Shown here: positions 38,465 to 46,862 of the stretch, one piece after another
Layout of the letters: every line of letters starts with the position of its first letter
Position numbering within the stretch: the stretch's first letter is position 1
Origin: a bacterium
GTDB taxonomy: Bacteria > Zhuqueibacterota > Zhuqueibacteria > Residuimicrobiales > Residuimicrobiaceae
Assembly (NCBI GenBank): GCA_029554865.1
Contig: JAKPUX010000092.1
Coordinates: 19,915 to 83,914, forward strand
Length of the DNA stretch: 64,000 nt
Reading direction: 5' to 3'
Translations under genes and position numbers: made by a program
Notes under the pieces: generated by a model
Told to the model about the DNA's origin: nothing
What the model saw: only the letters and a program-made list of their open reading frames with translations
The model's database searches: none

Positions 38465-39286
38465 TTATTTTTTCGCCAGCACGACCGCGGCATGGCCGAA
38501 CTTGTTGCGGATACAGCCGGGCAGCAGATTGTAAACCGGCACGAAAAGATGGTTGAAGAACCACGCCAGTCCCCCCTTGCGCGGAGAAGGGGTGGCCCGG
38601 GTGTAGTCGAGAAAAACCTCCACCGAGCTGTACTCCTTGAAGAGCTCGCGCAGCTGTTTTTTGTCGTAGAGGCGGGTGATCGGGGCATCCTCGTGGGCGA
38701 ACTCGAAATTGACCCGCCCGAGCTGGGTCAGCAGGATCTTCCACGAGTACTTGTAGTAGAGGGTGATGGCCGCCTCGCCGCCGGGCTTGAGCACCCGCTT
38801 GACCTCGGCGACCGCGTTCTCGGTGCTCTGGGTCTGGTGAAGCACGCCGAAGGATGCGACGATGTCGAAGGTGTTGTCCTCGAAGGGGAGCTGCTCCGCA
38901 TTGCCGAGTTTGAGCTCGGCCTCGAGCTTGTTGTGCTCGAAATTGCCCCTGGCCAGCTCGAGCGCCCCCGAGGAGAGATCGATGCCGGAGACCTGCATCC
39001 CCGCCTGGGCCCAGGCGACCAGCTCCCAGCCCGCGCCGCAGCCGATCTCGAGCATCCTGCCCCCGGGATATTTGGCCGCCTCGCTGGCGATCAACCGGTA
39101 GCGATGCTCATAGTTCTTGCGGATGAAAGCCCCCACCGTGTCGTAGAATTCAGGGGAGCCGATCTGGCGGGGATCCCCCGTCCAGAACTGGGTGGTATTG
39201 ACGTTGTCCGTCCAGTAGCGGCGCACCTCGTCGATGGTCTTTTCGTCGCTGCCCTTCCACAGATAAGAGCCGATGGTATCTGCCAT
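38465..39286 (-). CDS. Class I SAM-dependent methyltransferase
   Basis: 273 aa. MLEIGCGAGWEL is the SAM-binding motif I (Methyltransf_11-like). Confidence 0.8.
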   Translation of the reverse strand: MADTIGSYLWKGSDEKTIDEVRRYWTDNVNTTQFWTGDPRQIGSPEFYDTVGAFIRKNYEHRYRLIASEAAKYPGGRMLEIGCGAGWELVAWAQAGMQVSGIDLSSGALELARGNFEHNKLEAELKLGNAEQLPFEDNTFDIVASFGVLHQTQSTENAVAEVKRVLKPGGEAAITLYYKYSWKILLTQLGRVNFEFAHEDAPITRLYDKKQLRELFKEYSSVEVFLDYTRATPSPRKGGLAWFFNHLFVPVYNLLPGCIRNKFGHAAVVLAKK

Positions 39287-39311
39287 AAAAACCTCAAGTT
39301 CCTGATCATTG

Positions 39312-39331
39312 GTGAATAATTAATTATTTAC
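39312..39331. promoter_or_regulatory. Second copy of the AT-rich palindrome: GTGAATAAT-TA-ATTATTTAC
   Basis: Matches the 26043 element at 19 of 20 positions. It sits in the 96-bp gap between the glpD-like and methyltransferase genes, about 25 nt upstream of the methyltransferase ATG on the minus strand. Confidence 0.35.
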
Positions 39332-39382
39332 TGGCTTTCCCTACACGGTACACAATTTTGCGCAATTTTCAAAGCAGGAAAT

Positions 39383-41056
39383 CTACGCCGGTTGATAGAG
39401 GCGTTTGAGATCGGCCAGCTCGCGCTGTATCCGCTGCGCATCCCAGCCCAGTTCAGCCGCCATGATCGCGGCCGCATCGGCCGCCGCCTCATCGCCCGGA
39501 TACTCGCCCGAGCCCAACTCCGTGCGGCGCAGCACCACATCGGCCAGGGTCAGGGCCATTTCGTGACGGACGGCGTGAAGCACCTCGGCGCACAGCACCC
39601 GCTCCTGCCCGGCCACCGGCCGCAGCCACTCCCGCTCCCCCCCGCCGGCCTTGAAAACCTCGCCGACGCCGGTGCCGTAGTTGCGGGCCAGCTGCTCCAT
39701 CTGCACCTCGCTGACCGGCTCGGGCCGCTCCGCCTGCTGGACCGCGAGAAAGCCGGCGAAATCCCCGACATCCCCTCCCCACACATGCCGCTTGCGGCCC
39801 GCTTTGCCATCGATCTTTTTACCAAGCTTGCGGCCCACCGCCCGCACCGCGGCTTCGGCCACACCCCTGGCGGTCGTATATTTTACGCTCAAAATGCTGA
39901 GCAGTCCGGACACCCCCTGCTCCTGCTCATGGTCGTGGATCCGGAAGTGCTTGGTGATGCTGACATCCCCGCTGCCGGGATTGACTCCCGCCATCGGGAG
40001 CAGTCCACCGTAGAAAAAGGTCACCTCCTCGCGGCGGATATCCGCCCCCGGCATCGCCTCGTTGACCTCGCGGAGAAAACTAACAATATCGGCCTCGCTC
40101 ACCCGGTACTCCCCGGCCGTGCCCTGCCAGGGGCGATGGTCCGTGCCAATCATGGTATAGTCCCGCCAGGGCACCACGAAGAGCAGGCGCGAGCCCTTTT
40201 TGATCAGGGCATCCTTGTCCTTGAACTCCCTCTTGCTGTTGACGCCGAAGGCGTAGGCCTCGCTCAACCGGCGCTTGACGACCAGATTGAGGGCGGTCGA
40301 GAAGGGCTGCTCGGACGGGCGCCTTTCGCCAAGCCGGGCAAAGAGGTCGTTGATCCAGGGGCCGGCACAGGTAAGGGTCATACGGGCGCGGATCTCCACG
40401 GTCCCGCCGCCGATCCCGTCCCGGGCGCGCACCCCCATCACCCGCCCCTCCTGGAGGAGAAACTCCTCCGCGGCGAGATGGTTGGCCGCCACCGCCCCCT
40501 GCTCCACCGCCGAGCGCACAAAGGCCAGGGCCAGCCGCTCCGAATTGTACATGGTCGCATCGTACCAGACCGCCCCGCCGTTGAGACGCTGCTTCTCGAC
40601 GTGCGGGACGAGGTCAAGGAAACGCTGCCGCGAAATCACCCGGCCCATCGGCAGGGTGTGCCCCGGATCGGCGCCCAGATTGCGGTCGGCGCTGAGCACA
40701 TCATTCATCAGCATGGCGATACGCATCACCTCCGGCCCCTTGATGGCATGCCCGTAGGTCGGCATGACGCAGGGCAGGGGATGGACCAGATGGGGGGCGA
40801 TGCGCAGCAGAACCCTGCGCTCGGCGATCGATTCGCGCATGCGTTTGAGGTCGGCGTGCTGCAGGTAGCGCAGTCCGCCGTGCACAATCTTGAGGCTGTT
40901 GCCCGAAGTGCCCGAGGCAAAATCATTCTTTTCGATCAGGGCCACCGAAAGGCCGGCCAGGGCCGCCTCGCGCGCCGCAGTGGCTCCATAGATCCCCCCG
41001 CCAACGATGAGAAGGTCGAATTCTTTTTGGCCAAGCTGGTTGAGGTCGCGTTGCAT
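39383..41056 (-). CDS. FAD-dependent glycerol-3-phosphate dehydrogenase/oxidase-like oxidoreductase (GlpD/GlpA family)
   Basis: 557 aa. DLLIVGGGIYGATAAREAALAGLSVALIEKNDFASGTSGNSLKIVHGGLRYL is the classic GlpD N-terminal FAD signature. A GlpD-type C-terminal domain is present. Confidence 0.8.
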   Translation of the reverse strand: MQRDLNQLGQKEFDLLIVGGGIYGATAAREAALAGLSVALIEKNDFASGTSGNSLKIVHGGLRYLQHADLKRMRESIAERRVLLRIAPHLVHPLPCVMPTYGHAIKGPEVMRIAMLMNDVLSADRNLGADPGHTLPMGRVISRQRFLDLVPHVEKQRLNGGAVWYDATMYNSERLALAFVRSAVEQGAVAANHLAAEEFLLQEGRVMGVRARDGIGGGTVEIRARMTLTCAGPWINDLFARLGERRPSEQPFSTALNLVVKRRLSEAYAFGVNSKREFKDKDALIKKGSRLLFVVPWRDYTMIGTDHRPWQGTAGEYRVSEADIVSFLREVNEAMPGADIRREEVTFFYGGLLPMAGVNPGSGDVSITKHFRIHDHEQEQGVSGLLSILSVKYTTARGVAEAAVRAVGRKLGKKIDGKAGRKRHVWGGDVGDFAGFLAVQQAERPEPVSEVQMEQLARNYGTGVGEVFKAGGGEREWLRPVAGQERVLCAEVLHAVRHEMALTLADVVLRRTELGSGEYPGDEAAADAAAIMAAELGWDAQRIQRELADLKRLYQPA

Positions 41057-41158
41057 GATCTCTCCTGTTAAACAGCCCCCTCCTCCCCGGCGCGGGACTG
41101 TGGTGAAATAAAGACTCCATGCGGCGGATTCATGCTCCGCCGCCCCTTTGCACTGGCA

Positions 41159-43039
41159 TCAGCGCATGTATTGGTGATGCCACATCTGAAACATCAGCAG
41201 CGCCCAGAGACGATGGCTGTGATTCTCGCGCCCGTCCAGGTGCTCCCCGATCAGCCGCTGCACATGGGCGGGCTCGAACCAGCCTGTCGCCGCCAGGGCC
41301 GACGGTGATAGAAAATCGAGCAGCATCGGCTTGAGCTCCCCCTTCATCCAGCTCTTGATCGGGATGCTGAATCCCTCCTTGCGCCGGTCGAGGATCTCGT
41401 CCGGCAGGATGCCCCGGAAGGCCCGCTTGAGGATGTACTTGCTGCGCTTGCCGTTGAGGCGCAGGTGCGGGGGCAGCGAGGCGCAGAACTCGACCAGGCG
41501 GTAGTCCAGGAACGGGGCGCGCGCCTCCAGCGAAACCGCCATCGACATGCGGTCGACCTTGACCATGATATCGTCGGCCAGATAGGTGACGATGTCGACA
41601 TACTCCTGCTGGTCGAGGGGTTCCGGCGAATCGCAGGCGGCGAAAGCCTGACGGATGAATCCATAGGGATCCTGGTCCGCAAGCGCCTCGCCCAGGGCCG
41701 GGCTGTAGAGCAGCCCCTTTTCAGCCTCCTGGAGAAAGATCATCCAGCGCACGTGCTGGAGATCGGCGGGCAGGCGGCAGCCCTCGATGAAACGCCGCGA
41801 CTTGTTGATAAACCCCTTTTTCTTCTCGGTCGGGGGCAGCAGGGCGACCAGGGGCTCGATCGCCCCCTTGCGCAGCCAGCCCGGCAGCCGGGCGTAGCGG
41901 CGCGCCATGCGTTCGGCGATGTAGGTTTCGTAGCCCCCCAGCAGCTCGTCGCCGCCGTCGCCCGAGAGGACCACCGTGACGTGCTTGCGCGCCATCTCCG
42001 AGACCATCCAGGTCGGGAAGACGCTGAAATCCCCGAGCGGCTCGTCGAGCTGGCGGACAATGCGTTCGGTCAGCCCCACGGCGTCCGGGGTGATGATCTC
42101 CTCGTGGTGCTCGGTGCCGAAGTGGCGCGCCACCATGCGGGCCCAGGGCAGCTCGTTGTAGGTGGCATTGTCAAAGCCGATCGAATAGCTTTTCACCCCC
42201 TTCTCGGCGGTCTGGCTCATCATCGCCACCACCGCGCTCGAATCGAGACCGCCGCTGAGAAAAGCCCCGAGGGGCACCTCGCTCATCAGCCGGATGCGGA
42301 CGGCGTCGCGCAGTAGATCGAGAAACTCGGCCGCCAGATCGGCCTCGGAGGCGGCGCTGGCGCGATAGTGCAGCTGCCAGTAGCGCCGGATGCGCAGCCC
42401 CTCCCGGTCCAGGCTGAGCCAGTGGCCCTGGGGCAGCTTGCGGATCCCCTTGAAGATGCTGAGGGGCGCGGGGATGTATTCATAGGTCAGATAAGCGTCG
42501 AGCGCGCGGGGATCGACCTCGCGCGGGATCTCCCGCAAACGCAGAATCGCCTTGATCTCGGAGGCGAAGACCAGCCGCCTGCCGTCGAAATGGTAGTAGA
42601 GGGGCTTTTTGCCGATGCGGTCGCGGGCGATGAAGAGGCGCTGACGCCTGGCATCCCAGATGGCGAAGGCGAACATGCCGTTGAGGTGCGAAGGACAGTT
42701 CTCGCCGTACTCCTCATAGGCGTGGAGGATGGCCTCGGTGTCGCTGCGGGTGCGGAAACGGTGGCCGCGCTTTTCGAGATCACGCTTGAGTTCAAGGTGG
42801 TTATAGATCTCGCCATTGAGGACGATGACGGCATCGCCCTCCTCATTGAAGATCGGCTGGCGGCCGGTGGCGAGATCGATGATGGCGAGGCGGCGCATGC
42901 CCAGGCCGACGGGGCCGTGGATGTACTGCCCCTCATCATCGGGGCCGCGGTGGATGATGGCGTCGCACATGGCCTTTATATCGGCCCCGGCCACCGCTGC
43001 TCCGCTCTCCCGGTTGTAGATGCCGCAGATTCCGCACAT
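41159..43039 (-). CDS. asnB: Asparagine synthase (glutamine-hydrolysing), AsnB / WbpS-like amidotransferase
   Basis: 626 aa. MCGICGIY is the class-II glutamine amidotransferase N-terminal Cys. The SGGLDSS PP-loop is present. Confidence 0.9.
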   Translation of the reverse strand: MCGICGIYNRESGAAVAGADIKAMCDAIIHRGPDDEGQYIHGPVGLGMRRLAIIDLATGRQPIFNEEGDAVIVLNGEIYNHLELKRDLEKRGHRFRTRSDTEAILHAYEEYGENCPSHLNGMFAFAIWDARRQRLFIARDRIGKKPLYYHFDGRRLVFASEIKAILRLREIPREVDPRALDAYLTYEYIPAPLSIFKGIRKLPQGHWLSLDREGLRIRRYWQLHYRASAASEADLAAEFLDLLRDAVRIRLMSEVPLGAFLSGGLDSSAVVAMMSQTAEKGVKSYSIGFDNATYNELPWARMVARHFGTEHHEEIITPDAVGLTERIVRQLDEPLGDFSVFPTWMVSEMARKHVTVVLSGDGGDELLGGYETYIAERMARRYARLPGWLRKGAIEPLVALLPPTEKKKGFINKSRRFIEGCRLPADLQHVRWMIFLQEAEKGLLYSPALGEALADQDPYGFIRQAFAACDSPEPLDQQEYVDIVTYLADDIMVKVDRMSMAVSLEARAPFLDYRLVEFCASLPPHLRLNGKRSKYILKRAFRGILPDEILDRRKEGFSIPIKSWMKGELKPMLLDFLSPSALAATGWFEPAHVQRLIGEHLDGRENHSHRLWALLMFQMWHHQYMR

Positions 43040-43125
43040 ACCCGTCTACCCCCGCCCCGTCCGCTGCCCGGGCAGCCGGTTACAGCACCGGCGCCGTACG
43101 CTCTGCACCCGCTCCCTGAGGCCGC

Positions 43126-44346
43126 TCAATTGGGCTGCCCCGCCGCATGGGCCACGATCCACTGCACGCGGCGCAGATACTCCGTATAGCTGTACGCCCT
43201 CTCGGCCAGGGCCGCCGCCGCAGCGATCCGGGCCGCCGACTCTGGCCGCTCCACCAGCGCCCGGCGCATCCCGTCGGCAAAACCCTCGGCAGTGACATCA
43301 GCCAGAATGGCGACCTCATCATTGAGGATCTGGGTGTGGGTGATGTGGCGCGTGGCGACGATCACCCGACCTGATCGCAGGTAGGAGTAGATCTTGAGGG
43401 GAGAATTGGTGCCGCTCAGCCGCGGCGAGACCAGCACTTCCGCCAGATCGATAAAGGCGGGGATGAGCTGGGGCTGGACAAAGCCGGTGAAACGGAAGCG
43501 CTCCGCCACCCCGTGCTGCCGCGTCAGGGCCTTGCAGGCCTCCACCTGTTCCGGGCTGCCGCCCACAAGCAGAAAGCGGACATCGTCCATCCCCCCGCCA
43601 GCGAACAGCTGCGCGGCGCTCTCAATGAGCAGGGGGATGCCCTGATAGGCCTCGAGGGTGCCATAGTAGAGGATGATGCGGCTGGAGCCCAACTCGTACT
43701 GCTGCCGCAGCCGGGCGGCATTGGCCTCATCGGGGGGGAAGAGCAAAGCATTGTCAGCCACGTTCTCGATGAGCAGGCTGGTTTTGCCCGGAAATTTTTC
43801 TTCCACGTAGTTCTGCAGCTCGGGGCAGATGGTGATCACCGCCGCGGCCTGGTGGATGGTCCGCGCCTCGAGGCGCTCGAAGGCCCCGACCAGAAGGCGC
43901 GAGCGGGAAAAGCGGAAATTGTGCAGCTGCTGGGGCAGCGATGAGTGCATATCATAGAGATGCGGCATCCCGTAACGGCGCGCCAGATTGACCCCGAAAA
44001 AGCCCGCCTCCTCGTGGGTGTGAAGCAGGTCATAGCCGCCTCGGGCAGCCTGCTGCCGGGCCCGTCGGTACAGCACCGCATCGAGGGCGATCTTGGCCCC
44101 GCTGGGGCCGATCTTGACCTTTTTGATGCCTGGCACAGAGGCGGCGCGGAGGATGCGCAGACCGGGCATCGGCACATCCTGGCCGATGGGATAGGTGACC
44201 AGATCGACACTGTGGCCGAGCAGGCTCAGGGCCTTGATCCGGTGCAGGACACTGAAAGGAGTGCCGCGAGGCTGAAACCAGGGTTGGGGCGCCACCATCA
44301 GAATGCGCAGCTTCTTGCCCACCTCCGGCAGGGTATAGTTGATCAT
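43126..44346 (-). CDS. Glycosyltransferase family 4
   Basis: 406 aa with GT-B fold motifs. Confidence 0.75.
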   Translation of the reverse strand: MINYTLPEVGKKLRILMVAPQPWFQPRGTPFSVLHRIKALSLLGHSVDLVTYPIGQDVPMPGLRILRAASVPGIKKVKIGPSGAKIALDAVLYRRARQQAARGGYDLLHTHEEAGFFGVNLARRYGMPHLYDMHSSLPQQLHNFRFSRSRLLVGAFERLEARTIHQAAAVITICPELQNYVEEKFPGKTSLLIENVADNALLFPPDEANAARLRQQYELGSSRIILYYGTLEAYQGIPLLIESAAQLFAGGGMDDVRFLLVGGSPEQVEACKALTRQHGVAERFRFTGFVQPQLIPAFIDLAEVLVSPRLSGTNSPLKIYSYLRSGRVIVATRHITHTQILNDEVAILADVTAEGFADGMRRALVERPESAARIAAAAALAERAYSYTEYLRRVQWIVAHAAGQPN

Positions 44347-44359
44347 CTCCTCACTCTCC

Positions 44360-45841
44360 TCACTCAGCCCCGTACCCGGTCACGACGACGAACATCGTCT
44401 TGAACAGAATCTTGATATCCAGCCAGAGCGACCAGTTATCGATATATTCCAGATCCATCTTCATCCATTTGTCGAATCCAATCTTGTTGCGGCCGCTCAC
44501 CTGCCAGATGCAGGTGATGCCCGGCTTGAGGCTCAGGCGGCGCCGCTGCCAGACCTTGTAGGCCTCGACCTCACCGACCAGAGGCGGCCGCGGACCGACC
44601 ACGCTCATGTCGCCCATCAGGACATTGATAAACTGGGGCAGCTCGTCGATGCTGGTCTTGCGGATGATATATCCGATCGAGGTGATGCGCGGATCACGCT
44701 TGATCTTGAAGACCGGGCCGTCCATCTCGTTGCGGTGCATGAGCTCCATTTTCCGCGCCTCGGCATCGACCACCATCGAACGGAACTTATAAAGGGTGAA
44801 TTTGCGCCCGTTGAGGCCGATGCGAGTCTGCTTGAAGAGCACCGGACCCCGCGAGGTGGCCTTGATGAGCACGGCGACCAGCAACAGCAACGGCGAGAAG
44901 ATGATCAGGGTCGAAGCCGAAATGGTCAGGTCCATGATCCGCTTGATGAAAAGCTGCCACTCCTTGGCATGAAAGGTCTCGAACTCGAGCAGGGGAAAAC
45001 CGTTGAAATCGGTCTGCCGGGTGCGGGCGATGTGCAGGTTGAAGAGATCGAGGGCGATCGAGGTGGAGATGCCCAGCTCCTCGCAGGAGAGGATCGCCTC
45101 TTCGATGCGGTGGAGCCAGAGCCGCGGCACGACAAAGATCACCCGGTCGATCACCAGCCGCTTGACAATGAATGGGATGTCCTGGATGCGGCCGATCACC
45201 CGGTAGCCGTCGACCTCCTTGCCGTACATGCCGTGCTCGTCGTCGATGAGGCCGACGATGTGCAGCCCCCAGTTGGAATGCAGCTTGATAGCGCGGATGA
45301 AATCGCGCGCCCGCTTGCCGGTGCCGACAATGAGCAGGTTCTCCCGGTTGTAGCCGCGGCTGTGGATGCGGTCGAGGAAAAGCAGCAGGAGCTTGCGCTC
45401 TAGCAGCAGGAGGGCAAAGGCGAGAATGACAAAGACTGAAAAATAGAGGCGGCTGGCCAGTTCGAGCTTGAGGATGAAGATCAGGCTTCCGGACGCGATG
45501 GTCGCCCAGACCGTCGAGACGAAGAGAAGCCAGGTATACTTGCGGAAGGAGCGGGTGCGATAATTGCGGTAAATGCCGTAAAGGGAGAAAATCCCCGCCC
45601 AGATGATGGGGAAGCCGATGATCATCATCCAGTAGTTGGAGGCGAAATAGAGGAATCCCGAAAAGGTCGGGGAGACCGCGTAGGCCTTGACGTTGAGTTC
45701 GGCGACCGTCCGGATGAACTCGTCGACGAAATAGGCGAGGGGAAAGGTCAAGAGCAGGGTCAGGACATCCGCCACCCGCATCACATTCCCCAGGAATCTT
45801 TCCTTCTCAGAGACCATACCACTCACTTCATCAAAATTCAC
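44360..45841 (-). CDS. Undecaprenyl-phosphate sugar phosphotransferase (WbaP/EpsB-like priming glycosyltransferase)
   Basis: 493 aa. The N-terminal TM region and the C-terminal bacterial sugar-transferase domain (FKFRSM...DELPQFINVLMGDMSVVGPRP) are present. Confidence 0.9.
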   Translation of the reverse strand: MNFDEVSGMVSEKERFLGNVMRVADVLTLLLTFPLAYFVDEFIRTVAELNVKAYAVSPTFSGFLYFASNYWMMIIGFPIIWAGIFSLYGIYRNYRTRSFRKYTWLLFVSTVWATIASGSLIFILKLELASRLYFSVFVILAFALLLLERKLLLLFLDRIHSRGYNRENLLIVGTGKRARDFIRAIKLHSNWGLHIVGLIDDEHGMYGKEVDGYRVIGRIQDIPFIVKRLVIDRVIFVVPRLWLHRIEEAILSCEELGISTSIALDLFNLHIARTRQTDFNGFPLLEFETFHAKEWQLFIKRIMDLTISASTLIIFSPLLLLVAVLIKATSRGPVLFKQTRIGLNGRKFTLYKFRSMVVDAEARKMELMHRNEMDGPVFKIKRDPRITSIGYIIRKTSIDELPQFINVLMGDMSVVGPRPPLVGEVEAYKVWQRRRLSLKPGITCIWQVSGRNKIGFDKWMKMDLEYIDNWSLWLDIKILFKTMFVVVTGYGAE

Positions 45842-45891
45842 AGGTCAGCGCCTGCAGGGCAGTCTGACCGCACAACCGGGCAATGGATGCA

Positions 45892-46842
45892 CTATTTATG
45901 TCGGCTCTTGTACCATTCAGCAAACAGGCCGATGCCGCGCTCAATCGGGGTCGAGGGGCGGTAATCGAGCTCCCTGCGCGCCAGGCTGATGTCGGCATAG
46001 GTGATGGGCACATCCCCGGGCTGGTCGGGATGGAACTCGAGCACGGCCTTGCGCCCGAGCCCCTCTTCGAGCAGATGGATGAGCTCGAGCAGCTCGATGG
46101 TGTTGGATTCGCCCAGGTTATAGATATGATAGCCCTCGCAGCGGAGCAGGGCGGCGTACAGTCCCTCAATGATGTCGTCGATATAGGTATAGTCGCGGCG
46201 CGAACGGCCGTCACCGAAAACCGGCACCGGCTGCCCCGAGCAGATGAGCCGGGCGAATTTGTGGATCGCCATGTCGGGCCGCTGGCGCGGGCCGTAGACC
46301 GTGAAAAAACGCATGCAGCTGATCGAAAGGCCGTAGAGATGGTGCCAGGTGTAGGCCATCAGCTCCCCCGCCTTTTTGGTCGCTGCATAGGGCGAGATCG
46401 GATGATCGACCGGATCGCTCTCGGAAAAGGGGACCTTGCTGTTGCTGCCGTAGACCGACGAGGAGGAGGCGGAGACGATCCTGCCCACTCCATGCCGGCG
46501 GGCGGCCTCAAGGATGTGCATCGTCCCGAGCACATTCACCTGCTCGTAGAGCAGGGGCTCCCGGATCGAAGGCCGCACCCCGGCGCGCGCGGCGAGATGG
46601 ACCACGCTGTCATAGCTCCGCTCGGCGAAGAGATTCTCCACCGCCGGCCAGTCGACGATGTCGCCCTCGATGAGCCGGTAGCGGGGATGATCGAGAAAGG
46701 GCTGAACGTTCTCGCGTTTGAGGGCGGGGTCGTAATAGGTGTTGAAATTGTCCAGACAGTCGACCTCATGCCCCTCATCGAGCAGCTTGCGGGAAAAATG
46801 GGAACCGATGAAACCGGCACCGCCGGTCAGGAGAAGATGCAT
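45892..46842 (-). CDS. NAD-dependent epimerase, UDP-glucuronate 4-epimerase (Cap1J/LpsL)-like
   Basis: 316 aa. LLTGGAGFIGSH ... YAATKKAGE ... FFTVYGPRQRPDMA is the typical UDP-GlcA/GlcNAcA 4-epimerase pattern. Confidence 0.8.
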   Translation of the reverse strand: MHLLLTGGAGFIGSHFSRKLLDEGHEVDCLDNFNTYYDPALKRENVQPFLDHPRYRLIEGDIVDWPAVENLFAERSYDSVVHLAARAGVRPSIREPLLYEQVNVLGTMHILEAARRHGVGRIVSASSSSVYGSNSKVPFSESDPVDHPISPYAATKKAGELMAYTWHHLYGLSISCMRFFTVYGPRQRPDMAIHKFARLICSGQPVPVFGDGRSRRDYTYIDDIIEGLYAALLRCEGYHIYNLGESNTIELLELIHLLEEGLGRKAVLEFHPDQPGDVPITYADISLARRELDYRPSTPIERGIGLFAEWYKSRHK

Positions 46843-46862
46843 GGTCGCGTCCGGCCTTTCGC

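Noticed and set aside
43126-44346. Possibility that the GT4 at 43126-44346 and asnB form a WbpS/WbpT-like unit, or that any of the glycan genes are defence-related
   Set aside because: No nuclease, helicase, ATPase, toxin or other defence-type domains are anywhere in the window. All genes fit envelope-glycan biosynthesis, so no defence-system call is made.
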